DNA of 64,000 nt from Abditibacterium sp. (lineage in GTDB: Bacteria; Armatimonadota; Abditibacteriia; Abditibacteriales; Abditibacteriaceae): contig OZ251992.1 in the NCBI GenBank assembly GCA_965246885.1, forward strand, positions 640,001-704,000. Direction: 5' to 3'. The notes beneath the pieces were generated by a model that saw nothing but the letters and a program-made list of their open reading frames with translations, did not search any database and was not told where the DNA came from. A program made the position numbers and the translations under genes. The stretch's first letter is position 1, and each line of letters opens with the position of its first letter. Shown here in pieces: positions 50,889-62,361 of the stretch.

Positions 50889-51050
50889 TTAGCGCTCTTC
50901 TTTGAAGGCGACGTGTTTGCGGACGATGGGGTCGTATTTGCGAATTTCCATGCGGCCCGTTGTGTTCTTGCGGTTCTTGGTCGTGTAATAACGGTAATCG
51001 CTCTCGGACGAGCGCAGTTTGACGATGACGGTGTTGCCCTTTTTTGCCAT
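50889..51050 (-). CDS. rpmG: 50S ribosomal protein L33, Cys-free (Zn-independent) type
   Basis: Not in ORF track; reads MAKKGNTVIVKLRSSESDYRYYTTKNRKNTTGRMEIRKYDPIVRKHVAFKEER, AAGGAG RBS. Confidence 0.95.
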   Translation of the reverse strand: MAKKGNTVIVKLRSSESDYRYYTTKNRKNTTGRMEIRKYDPIVRKHVAFKEER

Positions 51051-51095
51051 GATGCTCCTTTTTTTCAGCCTTTACATGATACCAAGTCGGCGCGC

Positions 51096-51518
51096 TTAGT
51101 TCAACTTCGGCGCCGGGGCGCAGTCGGGGCACAGGCCGTAAAGCGTCAATTCGTGGTCTTGGACGACGAAACCGCCGCCCAGAACCGTGTCGCGCGGCAA
51201 TTGAAGCGGGCACTCGTGCAAGTCGAAGACGTGCTGACAGCCCCGACACTGGAAGTGTTCGTGGTGCCCGCGTTCGGACGGCTCGAAGCGCGACTCGCCC
51301 GACGGCAGGATAACGCTTTGGATTTGCCCGCCTTCCTGAAGCAGTTTCAGGGTGCGGTAGATGGTCGCCAAACCCGTGGGCGCGTGTTCGCGGCGGGCGC
51401 GCTCGTGGATTTCGGGCACGGAGAGCGGCCCGTCCGCTTGCGCGATGACGCGCAGAATCGCGTCGCGCTGGCGCGTTTGGCGCTGTCCCAAGGAAGAAGA
51501 AGGGCGAGTGGAGTCCAT
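51096..51518 (-). CDS. Fur family regulator, probably Zur-like
   Basis: RQTRQRDAIL, GLATIYRTL, HHEHFQCRGC, YGLCPDC; next to Cys-free L33. Confidence 0.88.
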   Translation of the reverse strand: MDSTRPSSSLGQRQTRQRDAILRVIAQADGPLSVPEIHERARREHAPTGLATIYRTLKLLQEGGQIQSVILPSGESRFEPSERGHHEHFQCRGCQHVFDLHECPLQLPRDTVLGGGFVVQDHELTLYGLCPDCAPAPKLN

Positions 51519-51531
51519 GTGCGTTGTCTCC

Positions 51532-51942
51532 TTAGAGAGAGTCGTGCACTCCCCGTCGCGTTCCCCATTGCCCCGCGCCCCACCCCAAGGGAAACGCCGG
51601 AAGCGCACCCGCCAGTTCGAGCGGCGTATGAAAGTGGCGCCACACAATCAGCGCGCCATACGCGACGAGAAAGGCGCCGACGACCGGCACAAAGCGCCGC
51701 CCCAACGCCCCAAACGCGCCCGCTACCACGAGCGCAAAGGCGAAATGCGTCGAAGGAAAATGCGCGCCCTCGATGCGCGTGTGCTGGATGAGCTTGCACA
51801 CCCCCATCGCCAGCACCGCCGCCAGTGCCACCCGCCCAACCCAAGGCGGCGCTTCGGCGCGCAGTTGCCGGAAGGCACACACAAGAAGCGCGACCGCCCA
51901 AAGTGGGTTAATCGCTTGCGTCCAATCGGGAAGAGCGTGCAT
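51532..51942 (-). CDS. PAP2-like membrane protein
   Basis: HFPSTH and FHTPLE motifs in hydrophobic context. Confidence 0.55.
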   Translation of the reverse strand: MHALPDWTQAINPLWAVALLVCAFRQLRAEAPPWVGRVALAAVLAMGVCKLIQHTRIEGAHFPSTHFAFALVVAGAFGALGRRFVPVVGAFLVAYGALIVWRHFHTPLELAGALPAFPLGWGAGQWGTRRGVHDSL

Positions 51943-51969
51943 CCGTAAGGTATAGCCACTTCGCGGCTT

Positions 51970-52872
51970 TTAATCGCCCAGTAGCTCCGGCGCTTCCTCC
52001 CGCAGCCAGTCGCGGATGTCGAGCCGCGCTTCCAGAAATTCGTGCGCGTTTGGCGCAGTGATGGGAAAGCGCAGCGTCGCGACTTTACCCGTTTCGCGCT
52101 GGGCGAGCGGCCCGACGCCGACTTCTCGGTTGAGCCGCACGCCGCGCGGCAAGAAGGGGCGATTACGCGCCACGATTTTCTGGAGCCGCACTCCCAATGC
52201 CGGCGGCGCCGACTTGAAGCGCGGGCGCGGGCCGCTAAAGTCTACAAACGCCGTTTCGGGTGTGAACTCCGTTCCCGGCGCGGCGCAGAGGCGGTATTCG
52301 AGGTGAGCGCGCTCCTGCCACAACTCGGCGCAATCCCAAAACGCCGCCAACACGAGGCGGCGCAGCATCGCGCCGTCGCCCGTCGTCCATTGGAGGCCGA
52401 AGAACTGCCGCGCGTCGGGCGGCAACAGGAGCCACTCGAACGCCTTGCCAAGGTCAGACCCCGCCCGCTTTCGCTCGCGGCGGAGTGCCGCTTGCAATTC
52501 CTCGGATGGAGTTTCCAACAGGAACCGCGTCGTTTTCCACCTCGCCCCGCGCACTTCACTTCGCGCCAACTCGCCCCCGCAAAGCGCGAACGTCTGCCCT
52601 CGATGCAGCAACACCCGCTCGCCCTCCGCCAATTCCACCGCGCGAAAGAACCCCTCGTTTCGCAAAGTCGCCCGCAACCGCGCCCGCCCTTCGTGCACCG
52701 CCTCGCCGCCCAGCGCCCGCTTCAAGCTCCCGTCGTGATCCAAAAAGCACGCCACGAAGTCCAGCGCCCGGCCATCGGGCCGCGCCCACAATTGCCCCTC
52801 CAAGTGCCAAAACCGCCACGTCGCCCCCTCGAAATCGAGGGACAAGAGCGGGAGAGTGTCGGGAATGGGCAT
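51970..52872 (-). CDS. Hypothetical protein, HExLEAxLxLRxW family member 3
   Basis: C-terminal APNAHEFLEARLDIRDWLREEAPELL. Confidence 0.7.
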   Translation of the reverse strand: MPIPDTLPLLSLDFEGATWRFWHLEGQLWARPDGRALDFVACFLDHDGSLKRALGGEAVHEGRARLRATLRNEGFFRAVELAEGERVLLHRGQTFALCGGELARSEVRGARWKTTRFLLETPSEELQAALRRERKRAGSDLGKAFEWLLLPPDARQFFGLQWTTGDGAMLRRLVLAAFWDCAELWQERAHLEYRLCAAPGTEFTPETAFVDFSGPRPRFKSAPPALGVRLQKIVARNRPFLPRGVRLNREVGVGPLAQRETGKVATLRFPITAPNAHEFLEARLDIRDWLREEAPELLGD

Positions 52873-52884
52873 GTCGGCCAGCGA

Positions 52885-53340
52885 TTAAGACGCTTTGGGG
52901 GCGTCCTTGAAGTTGTAGTCGAGGCCCGCGCGTAGCTCCTGCTCGAACTCGAACGGGTCGGCGCCGGGCGCGGTGAACGTGGCGTGAAAGACGATGGTGT
53001 CGGGCGCATCTGGAATCGAAGCGGCGACGCGCCAGCCGAACTGCGGGCTTCCCCTGTTATCGGACGGCACGTCGGTCAGGGGCAACAGGGGCGACACCAG
53101 AAGCGCCTGTCCCGACCCATCGCTTAGCCACGCGCGCTCCAACGAGGGCCGCGCTCCGTGCGAGGCGCCCACAATCGGGTCGCGCCGGTCAACGGACACA
53201 ATCAGTTCGCACCCCGCCGCCCCGCGCGACGACTGCGCACCCGCGAGGGAAATCGGCGTTTTGGCCAGACGGCTCCGAACCAGTAGCACGGCGCCCACGC
53301 CCACCAACGCCGCGAGAAAGAGGCTCATGTTGCGCTTCAT
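52885..53340 (-). CDS. Hypothetical protein with N-terminal membrane anchor
   Basis: LFLAALVGVGAVLLV helix; co-oriented in the cluster; start uncertain. Confidence 0.55.
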   Translation of the reverse strand: MKRNMSLFLAALVGVGAVLLVRSRLAKTPISLAGAQSSRGAAGCELIVSVDRRDPIVGASHGARPSLERAWLSDGSGQALLVSPLLPLTDVPSDNRGSPQFGWRVAASIPDAPDTIVFHATFTAPGADPFEFEQELRAGLDYNFKDAPKAS

Positions 53341-53376
53341 TGGAACCACCTCAGTTTAAAGGGCGGCTGCCAACCC

Positions 53377-54309
53377 TCAAACCACCTTCCCCAAATGCCG
53401 CACCCCGTCGGGCCAGTGCGCTTCGAGCCACGCCCGCAACTCCAGCATCGCTTCGAGCCGCTCGTGCTGCGAGGGGCGCGCGACTTCGACCGAAAAAGAC
53501 GTGGAATAGCCGTTGCGATACGCGCGCAAGGCGGCAGGTGTCGCGGGCGAATCGGGAACGCAGCGCGGCTCGAACGCGCGCACGATGTGCCCCAGAATCG
53601 CGCGTTCGCGGATGCCAAACGGGTGTTTCTCTTCGAGCAGAAAGCGCGCATCGCGGCTGTTCGGCCCGAACGTCAGTTGCATGGCCAGCGCGTTGGAGGG
53701 CCACTGCGCCTCGAACGCCCGTAGCGTTTGTTCAACCAGATGGGCGAACGCGCGCGGCGTCTCGATGCGCGTTTCGACTGAGTGCAGAGCGCGTTCCAGT
53801 TTGGAAGACGTGGCGAAATACGCCGCGAAGCGCAGGTCGGAATCGGCGTCTTCCCACTGCGACTGAAGCCGCGCGAACATGGCCGAGGAAGGTATCTCTA
53901 ACGGGTCGGGCACCTTAAATCCCAGCGCGGCGCCCTCCTCCCCGCCTACAAAGCTGTCCAGTATTTGGAAGAGCGCCCAGCCGTTGTCCTGCTTCCACCC
54001 GACGAAAAGGGCGGCGTCCAGCGCCCACACGCGCCCCAACGTCTGCGCATGCCATTCGTCGCCCACGAACCGCGCGAGGTTGCTGCGTTCGGGAAACAGC
54101 CAAACGGTTCCGAGAGAACTGGCGGCAATGGGAATCGCGCGCAACGCAAAGTTCCACTCGCCGTCCGCCTGCTGCTCCTCGCGCGCCCACCACAGCCCGC
54201 CGCAGTTGCGGAACAGCCACGCGCGCCCTTCAACTGTCAGGCGTTCATGCGCTTCCCCGTCCGCCACGTCCGGCGACAAACGCTCCCAAGGATGAAATTG
54301 AAAGTCCAT
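53377..54309 (-). CDS. Hypothetical protein, HExLEAxLxLRxW family member 4
   Basis: DSDLRFA central motif; RPSQHERLEAMLELRAWL. Confidence 0.7.
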   Translation of the reverse strand: MDFQFHPWERLSPDVADGEAHERLTVEGRAWLFRNCGGLWWAREEQQADGEWNFALRAIPIAASSLGTVWLFPERSNLARFVGDEWHAQTLGRVWALDAALFVGWKQDNGWALFQILDSFVGGEEGAALGFKVPDPLEIPSSAMFARLQSQWEDADSDLRFAAYFATSSKLERALHSVETRIETPRAFAHLVEQTLRAFEAQWPSNALAMQLTFGPNSRDARFLLEEKHPFGIRERAILGHIVRAFEPRCVPDSPATPAALRAYRNGYSTSFSVEVARPSQHERLEAMLELRAWLEAHWPDGVRHLGKVV

Positions 54310-54312
54310 CGG

Positions 54313-55288
54313 TTACTCCCGGCTCCTTGCCTCGAAGTCGGCGATGAAGTTTTCCTCCAACGCGCGGGTGTCGCCGCCGATGCGGTCGAGCCACCCCGCC
54401 AACCACGCGTGCGCGTCGTCGGGCGGGGGCAGCTTGTCGGCGAGGAATTGAAGCGAAAAGACGCGCGGTTGCGGCGCTTCGCTCAGGCGCCCGACGCCTT
54501 TGTCGGTGGTGTCGAAGTAGTGGCCGAGCGGCGTAATGACGTCAACGGCCCAGTCGCACAGGAGCCAAAAGCGCGTGGACAAACGCAGCGTCGGGCGCTT
54601 CCAAGGGAGGTGGAAACGTTGTCCGCTCGCTTCGTCGAAGTAGAGGTCAACCTCGCCGCGCTCGGCTTGCACGGCGAAGCAACCCGCGCGGTAAAAGGGC
54701 GATTCCGATTGAAACGTCGCGCGAATAATTTTGCCCGACCCGCGCACCGCCTCCTCTAAGGCGAGCGCGTTGCCCACGATTTCGAGCAACCCCGCCCGCG
54801 TCCCGCCCGCAAACTCCAGTGACACGTCGCGGCCTTTGGGCCAGCCCAGAGCTTCCAACTGCGGCGCTATCTCCCGCGCGAACAATCCCGCCGCAAAGGG
54901 GAACAGCGAATGGGCGGGCGCTTCCAGCCATTCATGCAGCGACAGGTCGTGATTGAAGGCGATGTCCTCGCGGTTCCACGACTCGCGCATCCACCCCGTC
55001 CCATCGGGCCGCAAAAAGAGCGGAAATTCGCGCCGCCAAGTCTCCGCCTCGAACGGCAGTAGCACATACCGCGCGACCCGCCCGCGCGCCAACTCCCCCG
55101 CGAAGTCCGCCGCGCCCGGCTCGAACGCGAGCATCCAATCCGCGCTCTTGCCCGCTTCCAGCAGAAACGTCAGCCCATGCCGCGCCCGCCCAAAGTAGGT
55201 TCGCCCCGCGTGTTCGAGCGAGAACTCAGCGCGCGGCGTCGCCAGTCGCGGGCGCGGCCTGTCCCAAGGCCGAATCGGAAATTCCATA
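54313..55288 (-). CDS. Hypothetical protein, divergent family member 5
   Basis: N-terminus MEFPIRPWDR resembles member 4 (MDFQFHPWER); C-terminal PPPDDAHAWLAGWL is degenerate. Confidence 0.6.
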
Positions 55289-55300
55289 TGGGAAGTTTGC

Positions 55301-56344
55301 TCATGCCAACAAAGCCGCAATCCGCTCGTCCGGCAAGCCGACGCGCTCGCGGAGCCAATCGCGCAGTTGGAGCAGGGATTCAAGGCGTTCGTGGGCGGTT
55401 TGTCCTTGGAGGTCAACAATAGAGTCGACATAGCATTCGCTCACGGCTTCGATGGCGGGGTGACGCGCGGCTTTTTCTTCATCGAAGCCGGGCGCGAAAT
55501 GCGAAAGCCACACTTGCCACAGCGCGCTCGGCTCGTGGCGGGCGAGGTCGTAGTCATCATAATCGGCGTATTGCCATCCGACTATGAGCGAGAACAACTG
55601 AAAAAGCGAGGCGTGGCCGCGCCGTAGCTTGACGCGCACCCCGGCGGCGGGCGCGCAGTCGGCGTAAAGCGGGCTGAGCCACTGGGGATCGCACTCTAAA
55701 AGCAGACGGGCGACGCGCCGCATCTCTGCCCATTCGTGCGGCTCCAAAGGACAAACGAGGCGCGCGAGATCACCGGGTCAGGCGCTCGCAACGGCGCGGG
55801 CGAAGTGGAGGTCACTCGATTCGTCGGCGACCAACGACGCGGCGTAGTCGCGCCAAAACGTGCCGGGCGTCGAACCGAAATCGCCGTCGAAGTGGAAGCG
55901 AAAAGGAATCTGCGGCGCCTTGACATCGAAGCGGGTCATGGGAGAGTTCGGCACGAAGCCTTCGCCATCGCGCCCGAAAAACACCGCTTCGCTGTCCAAA
56001 AGCGCGAGACCATCAGTGCGGTTGTGGCGCACAAACACGAGGCGCCCGATGTGGCCGCGCCGCCATTCATCCTCGAACAACTTTTGCAAGAATACGGAGT
56101 TGACGACCGCGCCATGCGGGAAGGGTTCGCGCACCGCGAAATTCCACTGCGTCGGCTCGCGCCCGACGCGCGGGGATGATGGCTCGCAAAAGCGCAGGAA
56201 GTTGCCGACTAACTGAAGCGTAAACGCGCGCCCGTCCACCTCGACGCGAAGCGGCGGGCGCATCGTTTCGCGTCCGGTGGTTTCCCACGCGGCCAGTTCG
56301 AGGGCTTGGGGTTGGAGTTTCACGGCGCCAGTTTCCCCAATCAT
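55301..56344 (-). pseudogene. Family member 6 interrupted by an in-frame TGA at 55778-55780
   Basis: ORFs 55778-56344 and 55301-55747 share a frame; SSDLHFA upstream of the stop and TAHERLESLLQLRDWL downstream. Confidence 0.72.
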
Positions 56345-56676
56345 TTCCGCCGCCGAAAGAACGGGAGCAGGCACGCGACGAACCCGGCGAGGCCGAACAG
56401 GAGGGACGGGACGGAGATGACGAGGAAGTCGCGCGCCGACAAGTCGCTGCTTTGTTTGCCGAACGCGCCCAACACCATCGTGCCGCCGCACGCGCCGATG
56501 GCGCCGAAGAACATCAGGCCGAAGATGAGCGCGATGGCGTGGGTGGTTGACAAGCGCGCGCCCTTGCCGTCCAAGCGGGCGCCGCAATGGGGGCACAGTT
56601 CCGGCTTGGTTTCGAGCGCCGCGCCGCAGTTGGGGCAGGTGAAGGGCGCGGGTTGCGGGAGCGGCGCGGGGTTCAT
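56341..56676 (-). CDS. Zinc-ribbon membrane protein
   Basis: CPNCG...CPHCG followed by two TM helices. Confidence 0.7.
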   Translation of the reverse strand: MNPAPLPQPAPFTCPNCGAALETKPELCPHCGARLDGKGARLSTTHAIALIFGLMFFGAIGACGGTMVLGAFGKQSSDLSARDFLVISVPSLLFGLAGFVACLLPFFRRRK

Positions 56677-56707
56677 GGCAAAGAGTTTGGCGCCGTGTGG
56701 GGCAGTG

Positions 56708-56769
56708 GATTGGAAGAGGGCGGTAGCCCCGCTACTTCATCCAAGCGGGGCTACCGCCCTCTTCCAATC
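56708..56769. repeat. REP-like palindrome, perfect copy
   Basis: 26-bp perfect arms GATTGGAAGAGGGCGGTAGCCCCGCT, 10-nt loop. Confidence 0.88.
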
Positions 56770-56784
56770 AACCGCCCCTACGCT

Positions 56785-58353
<1,569 letters not shown>

Positions 58354-58431
58354 GACGGAAAGAAAAGTTACCCGATTCTGTGCCAGTCGGGGCGCGGCGG
58401 GCGCGGTTTAGGGATAATAAGGAGGCAGGCC

Positions 58432-59328
58432 ATGAGTTCTTTTCTTGACCACCCGCCCGTGCCCGCCCCGGATGGGGTTCCCGATGGAGCCGCCGACGCC
58501 CCAGAACCCCACGCGATGGGCGCCGCGCGCGGCGAAGAGTTCGACCTGTCGCGCTTGGACGAGGGCGGCGCCGATGAGCAACCCAAAGGGTCACCCAAGT
58601 GGAACGCTGCGTGGCTGGCGGTGGCGGGAGCGTTGGCGCTGTATTGCGGCTACTTCTACGTTTACGGCCTTGGCGTTCACGCGCAAAAGCCCCTGCCGCT
58701 TGGGCCGGTCGTCGCGGGCAACGCGAACGCCGCCTTGGTGCGTGTTCACGTCGCAGGCGGCGTGGCGCATCCGGGCGTCGTGTCGCTACGAGCCGATGCC
58801 CGCGTTGGGGATGCCGTCCAAAAAGCGGGCGGCGCCCTGCCAAACGCTGACCCCGACGCCCTCAACTTGGCTGCGTTCGTCGAGGACGGCGCGAAAATTA
58901 CCGTCCCTCTCAAGCCCGCGCCCACGCCCAAGGTGACGCCGACCCCCGTCGTTATTGTGCGCGAGGTTCCCGTTCCCGTCCCGACTTCCGCGCCCGCTTC
59001 GCCGCCATCTGTTCCCGCTTCGCCGCCGTCTCTCGCCCCGTCGCCGCCCTCCGTCTTCGGCTCCCCTGCCAAGGCCGCCAAGACGCCGACGCACGCCAAG
59101 AAAAAATCGGACAACATCCCCTTTCTGCGGGCGCATCCCGTTGATCTCAATCGCGCGACCATCGAGCAATTGCAACAACTCCCCGGCGTCGGCCCCAAAA
59201 TGGCCGAACGGATTCTGGCCTACCGCGCCGAAAACACCCGCTTCAAGTCCGTCGCGGACTTGGACAACGTCAAAGGCATCGGCGAAAAGAAAATGGCGGT
59301 GCTCAAAGACTTGGTGACGGTGAAGTGA
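58432..59328 (+). CDS. comEA: ComEA-like DNA uptake protein (TM + SLBB + HhH)
   Basis: VHVAGGVAHPGV, LNLAAFVEDG, VDLNRATIEQLQQLPGVGP, VKGIGEK. Confidence 0.85.
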   Translation: MSSFLDHPPVPAPDGVPDGAADAPEPHAMGAARGEEFDLSRLDEGGADEQPKGSPKWNAAWLAVAGALALYCGYFYVYGLGVHAQKPLPLGPVVAGNANAALVRVHVAGGVAHPGVVSLRADARVGDAVQKAGGALPNADPDALNLAAFVEDGAKITVPLKPAPTPKVTPTPVVIVREVPVPVPTSAPASPPSVPASPPSLAPSPPSVFGSPAKAAKTPTHAKKKSDNIPFLRAHPVDLNRATIEQLQQLPGVGPKMAERILAYRAENTRFKSVADLDNVKGIGEKKMAVLKDLVTVK

Positions 59329-59707
59329 ACGGGGAGAGGCCCTTACCCGTTTGCCGCGCGCGCTCCGCCAGCACGTCCATCAAAAGCGGGTCGTGGCCGA
59401 GGTAGTCGCCCATCGAGAAGGACACGTGTGGGTATTGCGCCTGCGCTTCTTCGAGGAGCGTGGGCAGGTCATCGGCGACGTGGGTTCCTGTGTGCAAGAA
59501 GTAAGGCACGGCGATGACACTGGTGGCGCCACCCGCCACCAATTGCGCGATGGCGTCGGGGATGGTCGGCTCGTTGAGTTCCATAAAACCGACGTTCACC
59601 AACTCGTAAGCGCCCGTCGCGCGCACCTGTTCGACGACCTCGAACATGGCGCCGTTGGACGCCGGACGCGGCGAGCCGTGAACCATTACCAAAAGGGCGT
59701 TTTTCAT
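59303..59707 (-). CDS. CbiX/SirB-type sirohydrochlorin chelatase domain
   Basis: HGSPRP, GFMELNEP, VPYFLHTGTHVADDLP. Confidence 0.88.
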   Translation of the reverse strand: MKNALLVMVHGSPRPASNGAMFEVVEQVRATGAYELVNVGFMELNEPTIPDAIAQLVAGGATSVIAVPYFLHTGTHVADDLPTLLEEAQAQYPHVSFSMGDYLGHDPLLMDVLAERARQTGKGLSPFTSPSPSL

Positions 59708-59713
59708 GGGGGA

Positions 59714-60187
59714 TTAGCGAGGCGTTGGACGAAGCGGGCACTGCGGCGTGCCGTTGAGCGGACAGGCGGGGTTGTCCAAGCAGAACTGCGGCGCCGTATT
59801 CAAGATGTCCCGCCACTTCTCTGGCGCTTGCGCGCGCGCCGCGCAGTTGAGAACCGCTTGCGCCAGCAATTCGTGCGTCTTCAGCGCTTCGGCGACGACG
59901 ACTTCCACGTCGGGGAACTGCGCGCGCATCGCCTCGACCTTGGGCGGCAAGGCCACGCCCACGAAATAGCCCGCGACCAGAAAATACGGCGCGACGGTAA
60001 CTCGCGTTGCCCCGCGCTCCACGCACCGCGAGAAGGCGGCCTCAAACGTCGGGTGCGAGTAATTCAGAAACCCGACCTCGACAATGGGCGCATCGCCGCG
60101 CGCTTCCATCGTCCGCGCGAAGGCGAACAGGTTCTCCCCCGCGCCGCACAAAACCGAGCCGTGCGAGAACAAAATCAGGGCGTGCAT
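59714..60187 (-). CDS. CbiX/SirB-type domain protein with C-terminal Cys motif
   Basis: FSHGS, GFLNYSHP, APYFLVAGYF; CLDNPACPLNGTPQCP tail. Confidence 0.8.
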   Translation of the reverse strand: MHALILFSHGSVLCGAGENLFAFARTMEARGDAPIVEVGFLNYSHPTFEAAFSRCVERGATRVTVAPYFLVAGYFVGVALPPKVEAMRAQFPDVEVVVAEALKTHELLAQAVLNCAARAQAPEKWRDILNTAPQFCLDNPACPLNGTPQCPLRPTPR

Positions 60188-60277
60188 AAAGTCTCTCACC
60201 CAGACGCGAAGGCGCGAAAGACGGCACTCGTTTTTGCTTGTGTGTCTTTCGCGTCTTGGGGTTGATAAGGGTGGGGC

Positions 60278-60706
60278 TTAACGTCCCGGTTGCGCTTGGA
60301 GCGGGTTCGGCCCCAAGTTCTGCCAGTTGATGTCGTAGCTGGAAGAAGGAAAGAAGGTGACGACGCGCATCGGTTGCTCGCCGATGTTGACGAAGGCGTG
60401 CGGCGTGTGCGCGGGAATGTGGATCACTCCCGGCTCTGTAATCTCGAACACCTTGTCGCCGATTTGGAATTTTAGGTGGCCCTCAAGCACGTATTGCACT
60501 TCCTCGGAGAAGTGCAGATGGAGCGGTGGCCCGTCCCCCGGTGCGACCTCGGCAATCATCACCGAGGAGCCGACCATCCCATAGTGCGCGCCGTCGGCCA
60601 GATACGTTTTGGCGCCGGGAATGTCCTTCAATTCGGGCGGCGGTTGGAGCGCGCTCAAGGCAAAGAAGAACTCGCCCGCCTCGATATGAGCGTTGTTGGT
60701 AGTCAT
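60278..60706 (-). CDS. Cupin domain protein
   Basis: GPPLHLH..EE..YVLEG, IPAHTPHAFVN. Confidence 0.88.
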   Translation of the reverse strand: MTTNNAHIEAGEFFFALSALQPPPELKDIPGAKTYLADGAHYGMVGSSVMIAEVAPGDGPPLHLHFSEEVQYVLEGHLKFQIGDKVFEITEPGVIHIPAHTPHAFVNIGEQPMRVVTFFPSSSYDINWQNLGPNPLQAQPGR

Positions 60707-60715
60707 GGCGATGGG

Positions 60716-61195
60716 TTAGTGCCCTTCGGTGTCGCCGTAAAGGGTTTGGATGTAGTTGATTTGCGCGAAGCGGGCGACGAAGTTGCGGTAGGCGGTCATC
60801 ACCCAGAAGGCGACGGGCGCGGTGGTGCCGCCGTTCATCGGGAGCGTGACGGGCATGGCCAACTCCTCGTCCGTGAGGGCTTCGACGGTGGCTTTGAACT
60901 TGGAGTAGTTCGTTTCCATGTGCGTCAAGGCGTCTTGGCGGCTCCAAGCGGCGCGCTCCCCGGCCATGTTGCCGAACATTTCGCGGATGTTGATACTGCT
61001 CATATCTTGGCCGCGCATTTCGATCATGCGTTCGGTGACGTAGAGGAACTGCGCCGCGAAGCCGAAGGTGTCGAGCGCGGAGCGCGAGTCGGGCGCGGGT
61101 TTCCACGCGAGTTTGTCGTCGGGAACGGCAGCGAAGGTGCGCTCCAGTTCGTTCTTGCCCGCGTCGCAGAGCATCAGGATGAGTTGTTTGGTCAT
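60716..61195 (-). CDS. DinB-like family protein
   Basis: VPDDKLAWKP...RSA, QINYIQTLYGD; metal His residues not evident. Confidence 0.65.
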   Translation of the reverse strand: MTKQLILMLCDAGKNELERTFAAVPDDKLAWKPAPDSRSALDTFGFAAQFLYVTERMIEMRGQDMSSINIREMFGNMAGERAAWSRQDALTHMETNYSKFKATVEALTDEELAMPVTLPMNGGTTAPVAFWVMTAYRNFVARFAQINYIQTLYGDTEGH

Positions 61196-62244
61196 GGTGT
61201 TGGGGCTGTGCCCGGCTCCAGTTTGAGGACAACGGCGCTCCCCGGCACCATCTTCGGGCGCTTGGGCTTGGCGCCCTCGGCGGGCTTCTCAACGGGCAAA
61301 TAGTCAGCCGCCACGACGAACAGGGCGCCGGTTGCCGGGTCGAGCGCCATCGTGCGCGCGCCGATGTGCGTCGGGATGGTGGCGAGCAGGTTCAGTTTGG
61401 TGTCGTCAAAGCCGACAACGGAGATGGTGCCGTCGCGCCCATTGGACGAAAACGCGAGGTCGCGCGTGGCGTCGTAGGCCGTTGCGTCCACGCCCTCGCC
61501 GATGGGAACGGTCGTGATTTGTTTGCCGGTTTTGGCGTCTACCACAACCATCGTCTTGTTGGCGCAGCCGGAAAACAAGCGCCCATTCTTGGCATCATAA
61601 GCGAGGCCGGTCGGCTCTTCGCCGGGTGCAAGCGCGGTGCGGCCCATCACTTTGCCATCGGCGGCGTTCAGTTCGACCAGTTCCGAGGTGTTCTCGATGT
61701 TGACCCACACGTGGCCCATTCCATCGGCGGCGCCAAATTCGGGGTTGCCGCCCAGCGCGACGGTTTGCGCGACTTTGTTGGTCGCCGTGTCAATGACCGA
61801 AACTTCGTTCGAGCCAGCGTCGAAAGCGAAGACGCGCTTGGTGACAGGCTCGAAAAGGATGGCGTCGGGCTTTTGGCCAACGGCAATCGGGTCGCCGATG
61901 GGTTTAAGAGAAAGCGTGTCGAAAACGACGACCGAATCGCTCTTGCCGCTCGAAGCATAGGCGCGGTGGTTCGCGGTGTCGAGCGCCACGCCATGCGCGC
62001 CGGACAGCCCCGATACTTCGCCGACCAGTGCGCCCGTCTCGGTGTCGACGACCTGAATCGTCTTGCCGCGCGCGATATACAAACGGTGCGCGGCGGAGTC
62101 GAGGGAAAGGTAGTCCCAATTCCCGTCGCCCGCTAACTTCCATGTGTGGGAAAGGTGATACGTCGGAGCCACAACCGCCGCGTGCGCCGCGCCGGTTGAA
62201 AACAATGAGAGGGAAGCGAGCAAGCCGCCGGTGATGAAGTTCAT
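61192..62244 (-). CDS. Secreted YncE/YVTN-type beta-propeller protein
   Basis: Signal peptide; WDYL, GAHGVA, repeated VSVID/VVVD blades, GARTMALDP. Confidence 0.85.
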   Translation of the reverse strand: MNFITGGLLASLSLFSTGAAHAAVVAPTYHLSHTWKLAGDGNWDYLSLDSAAHRLYIARGKTIQVVDTETGALVGEVSGLSGAHGVALDTANHRAYASSGKSDSVVVFDTLSLKPIGDPIAVGQKPDAILFEPVTKRVFAFDAGSNEVSVIDTATNKVAQTVALGGNPEFGAADGMGHVWVNIENTSELVELNAADGKVMGRTALAPGEEPTGLAYDAKNGRLFSGCANKTMVVVDAKTGKQITTVPIGEGVDATAYDATRDLAFSSNGRDGTISVVGFDDTKLNLLATIPTHIGARTMALDPATGALFVVAADYLPVEKPAEGAKPKRPKMVPGSAVVLKLEPGTAPTP

Positions 62245-62361
62245 GCGCCCTCCAGTTCAACACACGCGCCTTAAGCGCGCGGTAAATCCAGGTTGGAATG
62301 TTCTTACTTTTGGGGAGGGGTGCGAAGAAGTCTTTGGGCAAATCTATTCAAACTCCAATCC

